Positions 24,248 through 29,740 of a stretch of 29,740 nt of DNA are shown here, one piece after another. Where the stretch lies: the IMG/VR virus record IMGVR_UViG_3300042319_001124; one strand, 5' to 3'. Origin of the DNA: an uncultured virus (IMG/VR IMGVR_UViG_3300042319_001124) (Duplodnaviria > Heunggongvirae > Uroviricota > Caudoviricetes). The translations under genes were made by a program, and so were the position numbers. Under the pieces are notes generated by a model. It saw only the letters and a program-made list of their open reading frames with translations. It did no database searches and was not told where the DNA came from. Position 1 is the first letter of the stretch. Each line of letters starts with the position of its first letter.

Positions 24248-26665
24248 TTAATTAGAACTAGCTCCTTTTTGTGCTATTTCTTTTGCTTTAAGTTTATTCT
24301 TTTCTCTAGCATCTGATATTTGAAAATCTAACTGTCTATTTTCTTTTGCTAAAGTAGCTCTTTTAATTTCAGCATCTACTCCATGTTTAGCAACTTCTAA
24401 AATATCAGGTACACCATCATTATCTTGATCTTTATTCATATCAAATCCCATAGACATAATAGTTTGTTTTTGGATTTGAGTTTTTCTATTTTCTGTCTCT
24501 TTAAGAACAATCATATCTGCTTCATGTTGCCATTGCTCTTTTTCATGCTCTTGTTGTTTAGCAGCAAGTTCAGCTTTAGCTTTTTCTTGTGCTTGTGCTG
24601 CAGCTTGCTCTCTATTAGCTCTAAGTTCTTCGGATACTAATAAAGCTTCTTCAGCTTCTTGTATACTATCTTGTTTGATAACTTTAAGTACATCAGACAA
24701 CTCAATTTTTTGATTCTGCATTGCAGCATGAGCAAGTTGTTGAATAGTCTGTTTAATTTCTTCTGACATAGAAGAATCTTCCATAAACAAACCTAAAGTG
24801 CTTTCATCAAGAAGATTTACATCCATTTGTAACATCTCTTGAGACATATCATCTAAAATATATGATATCTGTTTTTTATCTGAATCAGCATAAGCAACTT
24901 TAGCTAAATCTACTAATCCTTGCAATACATTCTTTTTAATGCAATTATGCAAATCAAAGTAAGGTTCTAGCATGTGTGAAGTCTGTACTAAGTTTTGTTG
25001 GTTATTAGTTACTCTTTCAGATACAGAGGTTTGTCCTAATACAGGATCTGTAATACCTACTGCTTTACCACATTTTTGTTCTAAATAATCTGCAAGTTGA
25101 ATGTATTTTTGAATATCAGAAGCTAATGAAAGATCTAAAGTTTTAGCAATAGTATTTACATCACTTTGATTCATTCCTTCTTCATCAGGGTTGTACCACA
25201 TAAAAGGAGTACTTTCAAAGAAGTATTGCCATTTTTTAAGGTCTATTCCAGAATCTGTAGGAATAGCATTAATGTTCATTAAAATCTTTTTACCTTTATC
25301 TGAGGCAAGAAGTAACTCTAGTCTGTACATTACTATATTATAGTAATACTGATAAACTTTCATTCTATCCATTACAGAGGTAGGTTGTGAGTTTACATTG
25401 TCATAAATAGCCCCATAATAAGGTAAATGACATTTGTAAATATTATCTGGATCTTTGAACTGTCCTGGGACAGGTCTCATCTCCTTGTAGATATGCATTC
25501 CAATCTTATATCCTTCATATACTTCAGGAATCCATTCCCAAGTAATCTGAATGTCTCCCATAGCTTTATTAAGCTTGTAGGACTCATCTACCATAAACTT
25601 AGTTTGAAGAACTCCATCTTCATCTAAGTAGTCTAACCATCCTATCTTTCTAAGACCTTTGAATACACAATGCAAAACTCTGATTGCATTTTTGTCTTCA
25701 TAAGTAAGATACTCATCAAAATTAAAAAGATTATCGTGTACTCTCTGAGTGATGTGATGATTATAGTTTCTCCAAAGAGTATCTATTTCTTTATCATCTA
25801 AATCAAAGGTCTGTACAATTTGTGAAGGGTGCATTCTATATTCAGCAGCAGCCCATTCTCCTTGCTCAATGTAGTCAAGATCAGAAGCTTTATCACAAGA
25901 AAATCTAACAGGATTTACAACTTTCATTGCAGGTTCTCCATTAATAATTCCTAACCAATAGACTTCATAAGCAGAGATTAATCCATGTTTCCAACCATTA
26001 TTAAATTTCTTTTTAGCGTCAAGTTTTTTAATAAGGTAATTTAGTAGTTGTTGTCCTTGAACTTCAGCAGGGTCTCTATGATCTCTTTTCATATAAGCTC
26101 TAACTTTATCAGGAGTCATTTGCTCTATTTCAGATTCCATTTGAGACTGCATTTGCTGCATCTCTTGTTCAGTAAGTTGTCTTCCTTTCATCTGAGCTTG
26201 ATACTCAACTTCTTTTTGCTGTCTAATAGGAGCCATTATAGATTGAACTACAAAGTCTCTAATTCTATTAGTTTCTTCTTCTACTTTTCTATTTGATGCT
26301 TCTTTATTAGTGGCAATGATTCTATAACCAAAAGGTCTTTTCATTTCCATTCCAATAAGAGCTTTAATTCTATAAGAACAAATATCTCTATTAACCATTT
26401 GAGCAGGAAGTTCTCCCATCTCTGAACCATAAGGTGTAGCTACATAAGCAAAGTCAGATAAGTCAACAATGTTATTGAAGAGGTCATAATTAACTCTCAT
26501 TCTTTTATACTCATTCACCCCTCCATATCCAATAGATAGGAAATTGGCTTTAGTATCATACATGTCAATCTTTTCTCTATACCAAAGAAAGTTATTATCT
26601 TCCTTTTCTTTTCTACTAAGTCTCTCAGTAGAATAGGACTTTGGTTGTGTAACTGGTTGATTCAT
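24248..26665 (-). CDS. Portal protein (crAss-like)
   Basis: 805 aa. NYDLFN, LIGMEMKRPF, WEWIPEVYEGYKIG, LPYYG, SVMDRMKVYQYYYNIVMYRLEL and a C-terminal coiled coil. Lies directly after the terminase. Confidence 0.92.
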   Translation of the reverse strand: MNQPVTQPKSYSTERLSRKEKEDNNFLWYREKIDMYDTKANFLSIGYGGVNEYKRMRVNYDLFNNIVDLSDFAYVATPYGSEMGELPAQMVNRDICSYRIKALIGMEMKRPFGYRIIATNKEASNRKVEEETNRIRDFVVQSIMAPIRQQKEVEYQAQMKGRQLTEQEMQQMQSQMESEIEQMTPDKVRAYMKRDHRDPAEVQGQQLLNYLIKKLDAKKKFNNGWKHGLISAYEVYWLGIINGEPAMKVVNPVRFSCDKASDLDYIEQGEWAAAEYRMHPSQIVQTFDLDDKEIDTLWRNYNHHITQRVHDNLFNFDEYLTYEDKNAIRVLHCVFKGLRKIGWLDYLDEDGVLQTKFMVDESYKLNKAMGDIQITWEWIPEVYEGYKIGMHIYKEMRPVPGQFKDPDNIYKCHLPYYGAIYDNVNSQPTSVMDRMKVYQYYYNIVMYRLELLLASDKGKKILMNINAIPTDSGIDLKKWQYFFESTPFMWYNPDEEGMNQSDVNTIAKTLDLSLASDIQKYIQLADYLEQKCGKAVGITDPVLGQTSVSERVTNNQQNLVQTSHMLEPYFDLHNCIKKNVLQGLVDLAKVAYADSDKKQISYILDDMSQEMLQMDVNLLDESTLGLFMEDSSMSEEIKQTIQQLAHAAMQNQKIELSDVLKVIKQDSIQEAEEALLVSEELRANREQAAAQAQEKAKAELAAKQQEHEKEQWQHEADMIVLKETENRKTQIQKQTIMSMGFDMNKDQDNDGVPDILEVAKHGVDAEIKRATLAKENRQLDFQISDAREKNKLKAKEIAQKGASSN

Positions 26666-26687
26666 TTTGTCTAAAGATAAGTATTTA

Positions 26688-26695
26688 CAAAAGTA
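26688..26695 (-). promoter_or_regulatory. Bacteroidota-type -7 promoter element (TACTTTTG)
   Basis: Exact TAnnTTTG match in the 34-nt terminase-portal gap. A second near-match, TATCTTTA, lies at 26672-26679. Confidence 0.6.
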
Positions 26696-26699
26696 ATAA

Positions 26700-28847
26700 T
26701 TAATTCAATGACTGTTGTAGGTTTTTAGAATTATTTTTCTTATACATATCCCCCATCATACTTAATAGCTGTTTAGCTTTGTCATTACCTTTAGACTTAG
26801 GTTGATATTCTTTTCCATGCAAATCTTCTTGGTCTTGAAACATAACTTGCATAAGTGCCATGACCCTATCAAAGTTACCTTTTCTATTGTAACTTATAAG
26901 TTCCTCAAGTATACCTATGGAGTATATTTGATCTAAAGCCCTAATAGGCATACCCTCATCATCATAATCAAGGGTCTCTAATAACCAAGACTTGATATAC
27001 TTTTCACCTGCATCTTTAAGTTGCTCTATCATGTGACATCCATAAAGTCTGTTCACTTTAGAATTCTTCACATTTTTCTTAATAACCTCATCAGGTTGAT
27101 AAGCTAGGTAGTGTAATTGTTTTCTTCTTCTGAAATAATCCTTTACATGGGTTACTTCATTTTCATGCATAATAGTAGTATTGTAAAGTTCAGCAAATAA
27201 TCTACAAATGTAGTTTACATCATCTGCTTCTCCAGGTCTACCTACATATTCTGCTACAATTATTCTTTTAGTTCTTTCTCCTGTAATTACTGATTTGTAT
27301 ACAATTACAGCAGCTAAGGAACTTCCTTGTGCTTGTCTATAAGGGTCATACCCTATCTTATAAGCACCTCGCATTGGAACCTCAGCAGGGTACTCATAAA
27401 TGACAGGGCATCCTTCTAGAGAAGTGTTATCGGGTTTTTGTCTATAGATTACATTAGCTGTACCATCAAGTATAGGTTCTGCTTTAACTTTCTTAGACTC
27501 ATAGTCATAGAATAGTTTAACAGGTGTACCCATAATCATGTGTAAATTTTTAGCTTTAACTATTTCAAGTTGTCTCTTAAGTTCAAGTACAGGAAAGTTA
27601 TTAGTAGATACCATACCAAAGGCTTCAAAGGGCCCAAGAGGTTTCTCTTGCATTCTCTTTTGGATATCTGCAGAAGTGGCTCCATTATCTAATAATACTT
27701 TTCTCTGAGCAAGTTCTAGGGTCTTAGCACCTTCTCTATCTGAGTTACCATGTGCATCATAGTAACCTTCCATATTCCAAGTAATAGGATGGAAGAATCC
27801 ACACTTCATATCTTCTGAATCTTCATCCCAAATGTTTTGGAAAGGAAGCATACCAAACCTAAGTGGGTTAGAATGCATCTCAGAATAATCTGCAGTACCT
27901 CCTTCCATATCTCCTGATGTACCAAATATAGTAATCATACCTGTTTTAATAGCCCCTGCCATTACACAGTCCTGAGTTGCTACATAAGCATCTTTCAATA
28001 ATCCAGGTGTACCAAATGCTCCTGACTCTTCAAAGATTACATCTCTAGCATCCTTACCCCTTGCAGCATCTGCATTATCTTTAAAGGTAAGTGCCATGAT
28101 TTCAGACATAAATCCTGTCTCAACCTTAACTCCATTTCTATATTCAATAGTAGAAGCTTTAACGTGATCCATCTTATCTACAGTATCTTTAGGGTATACC
28201 CAAGCTGTATTGGCATTGATAAAGTTGAGGTAGTTAGATGACATTGTAAAGATACCTTTAGGGTAAAGGAACTTCTTTTCATAGGCACCAAAGATTGTCA
28301 AAGTTCTAGGATAACACAAATAATTCTTAACTGCAATAGCTGCATTCTTATAGGAATATCCTTTACGTCTAGATTTACCTACAATAAGATTGTACCCTCC
28401 TGCTAAGTATTCTTCTTGGATTTTTACTTCTAACTTTAATCCTGTGTACAGTTCAGAAAGGTTTGAAGATTGCTCAATAGGCAATCCTAAACCATCAACT
28501 ATACCATTAAAAGCTATTTCTCTAACCCAAAAGTAATTGTAATCTCCATCCCAAAAGTCAGGGAAGTCTGTAATCTTGGCTGATTTTTTGGCATTCATAT
28601 CCTCAGCCTTAAGGATAGGACAGAAGTTTAAATAGAAATAATGGTCCCCAGTAACTTTAACTCCACCTACTGAGTAACCATTAATGATTCTATTTCTTTG
28701 TTCTTGCCAATAGGAAAACCAATCAGGAGAACCCCAAGGATCTAGACAGTATGTACCATACTTCTGAAACTTCCTGGCTTCTTCTCTAAACACTTCTGTG
28801 TTTATCCAAATCCCATCAGGATTTCTGATTGCTCCTAATTGACTCAT
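26700..28847 (-). CDS. terL: Terminase large subunit (crAss-like)
   Basis: 715 aa. VTGDHYFYLNF, Walker A-like GKSRRKGYSYK, Walker B VIFEESG, coupling motif FGTSG, nuclease motifs IGYDPY and GNFDRVMA. Confidence 0.95.
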   Translation of the reverse strand: MSQLGAIRNPDGIWINTEVFREEARKFQKYGTYCLDPWGSPDWFSYWQEQRNRIINGYSVGGVKVTGDHYFYLNFCPILKAEDMNAKKSAKITDFPDFWDGDYNYFWVREIAFNGIVDGLGLPIEQSSNLSELYTGLKLEVKIQEEYLAGGYNLIVGKSRRKGYSYKNAAIAVKNYLCYPRTLTIFGAYEKKFLYPKGIFTMSSNYLNFINANTAWVYPKDTVDKMDHVKASTIEYRNGVKVETGFMSEIMALTFKDNADAARGKDARDVIFEESGAFGTPGLLKDAYVATQDCVMAGAIKTGMITIFGTSGDMEGGTADYSEMHSNPLRFGMLPFQNIWDEDSEDMKCGFFHPITWNMEGYYDAHGNSDREGAKTLELAQRKVLLDNGATSADIQKRMQEKPLGPFEAFGMVSTNNFPVLELKRQLEIVKAKNLHMIMGTPVKLFYDYESKKVKAEPILDGTANVIYRQKPDNTSLEGCPVIYEYPAEVPMRGAYKIGYDPYRQAQGSSLAAVIVYKSVITGERTKRIIVAEYVGRPGEADDVNYICRLFAELYNTTIMHENEVTHVKDYFRRRKQLHYLAYQPDEVIKKNVKNSKVNRLYGCHMIEQLKDAGEKYIKSWLLETLDYDDEGMPIRALDQIYSIGILEELISYNRKGNFDRVMALMQVMFQDQEDLHGKEYQPKSKGNDKAKQLLSMMGDMYKKNNSKNLQQSLN

Positions 28848-28850
28848 ATA

Positions 28851-28997
28851 TTATTTACCTTTAGCTTTAATTTTCTTTTCTTGTTTTAACATAGCAGCTG
28901 TAGGTTTCTTCCCAGACCCTGCATTCTCTCTAATGTTATCCCAAAGACCTTTCTGTGAAGTAGAACCGTCTTTTCTTTTAAGCATTTTTTTAGCCAT
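28851..28997 (-). CDS. Small basic protein (48 aa), not in ORF track
   Basis: MAKKMLKRKDGSTSQKGLWDNIRENAGSGKKPTAAMLKQEKKIKAKGK*. The ATG overlaps the upstream stop (TAATG) and the stop lies 3 nt before the terL ATG, exactly filling the gap. Confidence 0.8.
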   Translation of the reverse strand: MAKKMLKRKDGSTSQKGLWDNIRENAGSGKKPTAAMLKQEKKIKAKGK

Positions 28998-29428
28998 TAT
29001 GTAGTAATATTTTTAATTCTATACAATGTGTGAGCAATAAGTTCTTGCATTGTATCAATCTGATTCTGTAAAAAAGATTCTTTAATAGCTTCTCTTTCTA
29101 CTGAAATAGTATTGTACAAGTTTTTAAAGTAAGCTAAAGGATTAGCAATAGCCATAGACTCATCTACTTCAGTAAGTTTAAAAGTATCATCAATACCCAT
29201 AGAAGTTTCTACATAAGTATCTACTAAGTCTAGCACCCCTTCATAGAAAATACTCATTGCATTGTGAGTAGCCAAGGTTTTATCCTTTTGTAATAAGTGA
29301 GTTAAGTGCACATCAGTTCTTGCTTTAAGTAACAATGCTGCAATAGTTTCACGTTTTCCTTTAACAGATTTAGAAGTAGTTTCTTCCATCATGTCATCAT
29401 CACCTAAGATGTTAGCTAAATTTGCCAT
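28997..29428 (-). CDS. Dps/ferritin-like four-helix-bundle protein
   Basis: HLTHLL.....ATHNAMSIFYEGVLDLVDTYVETSMG and FLQNQIDTMQELIAHTLYRI follow the HxxH...H......YE......D...E pattern of Dps-like phage proteins. Confidence 0.7.
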   Translation of the reverse strand: MANLANILGDDDMMEETTSKSVKGKRETIAALLLKARTDVHLTHLLQKDKTLATHNAMSIFYEGVLDLVDTYVETSMGIDDTFKLTEVDESMAIANPLAYFKNLYNTISVEREAIKESFLQNQIDTMQELIAHTLYRIKNITT

Positions 29429-29472
29429 AACTTGTAATTTTAAGATTAATATTAAAGTGTAAAGGTATTCAT

Positions 29473-29740
29473 TTATTTTAAACTATTTGGGTCAGCAAAT
29501 GGACTAACTACTTTCTGACCTTTCTTCTTAACTTCTTCAAATACTTCATTATCAACTTTTTCCCTAAGTGTATTTAAATTTTCAAGTACTCTTGAGGTAT
29601 CATTCAAAGCTGAAGTAATGTCTTTAGGCTTATAGATTGGAGCTCCTGTTCTTAGATTAACATCTGACATACTAAATCCAATAAAGAACTGTTGCATCTT
29701 TTCAGCTGCAGATTTAGCTGCCATATAATAGTTATAAGTT
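29473..29740 (-). CDS. Conserved crAss-like gene upstream of terL, 3' part (possible terminase small subunit)
   Basis: Frame stays open upstream of the track's ATG at 29724 (…T-Y-N-Y-Y-M) to the window edge, so the gene is 5'-truncated. TGAPIYKPKDITSAL plus a C-terminal helix resembles the gene usually found before terL. Confidence 0.55.
   Translation of the reverse strand, partial: TYNYYMAAKSAAEKMQQFFIGFSMSDVNLRTGAPIYKPKDITSALNDTSRVLENLNTLREKVDNEVFEEVKKKGQKVVSPFADPNSLK

Noticed and set aside
419..26296. All plus-strand ORFs in the track (e.g. 419..655, 7033..7317, 12925..13173, 20642..20929, 22588..22827, 26048..26296)
   Set aside because: Short, entirely antisense to long well-supported genes, mostly with GTG/TTG starts and no recognisable motifs; treated as shadow ORFs.
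15981..26690. Identical 10-mer TTGTAAATAC (minus strand) upstream of the collagen gene (15981-15990) and portal gene (26681-26690)
   Set aside because: Only two copies of an AT-rich word at different distances from the start codons, and the first lacks the TAnnTTTG context; too weak to call.
21516..28847. Introns or inteins in terL, portal or MCP
   Set aside because: ORFs are continuous and of ordinary length, with no recognisable intein splice motifs or homing endonuclease.
1..29740. Stop-codon reassignment, as known in some crAss-like lineages
   Set aside because: Terminase, portal and MCP are full length in the standard code. TAG ends genes at 4384, 14650 and 18654, and TGA ends the gene at 4008.

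Overview
AT-rich (roughly 30-35% GC by eye), densely coding fragment of a crAss-like (Crassvirales-type) podophage genome. All credible genes are on the minus strand. Read right to left: a partial conserved gene (possible small terminase), a Dps/ferritin-like protein, large terminase, portal, acidic scaffold-like protein, major capsid protein, conserved post-capsid genes (ring and auxiliary capsid types), a Cys-rich protein, three fibre genes, holin, PD-(D/E)XK nuclease, a protein with a diverged bL12-like segment, ring protein, IHF/HU-like protein, two more large fibre/spike genes, an overlapping spanin-like pair, a small membrane protein, tail tubular protein and the 5' part of the muzzle/tail-stabilisation gene, which runs off the left edge and is missing from the ORF track. 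A Bacteroidota host is inferred from four exact TAnnTTTG (-7) promoter elements in intergenic gaps and from A/T-rich leaders lacking Shine-Dalgarno motifs. The genetic code looks standard. The most notable observations are: (i) recurring Cys clusters across ring, auxiliary-capsid, putative hub and fibre proteins, together with a shared N-terminal coiled-coil motif on four unrelated fibres, a candidate modular fibre-docking system; (ii) a spanin-like pair whose outer partner lacks a lipobox and ends in a beta-strand tail with a terminal Phe; (iii) three unannotated Lys-rich micro-ORFs next to virion genes; (iv) a 7-repeat Gloeo_Verruco-type propeller inside a phage fibre; (v) a diverged bL12-like domain. 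All family assignments are from motif recognition by eye; no searches were run.
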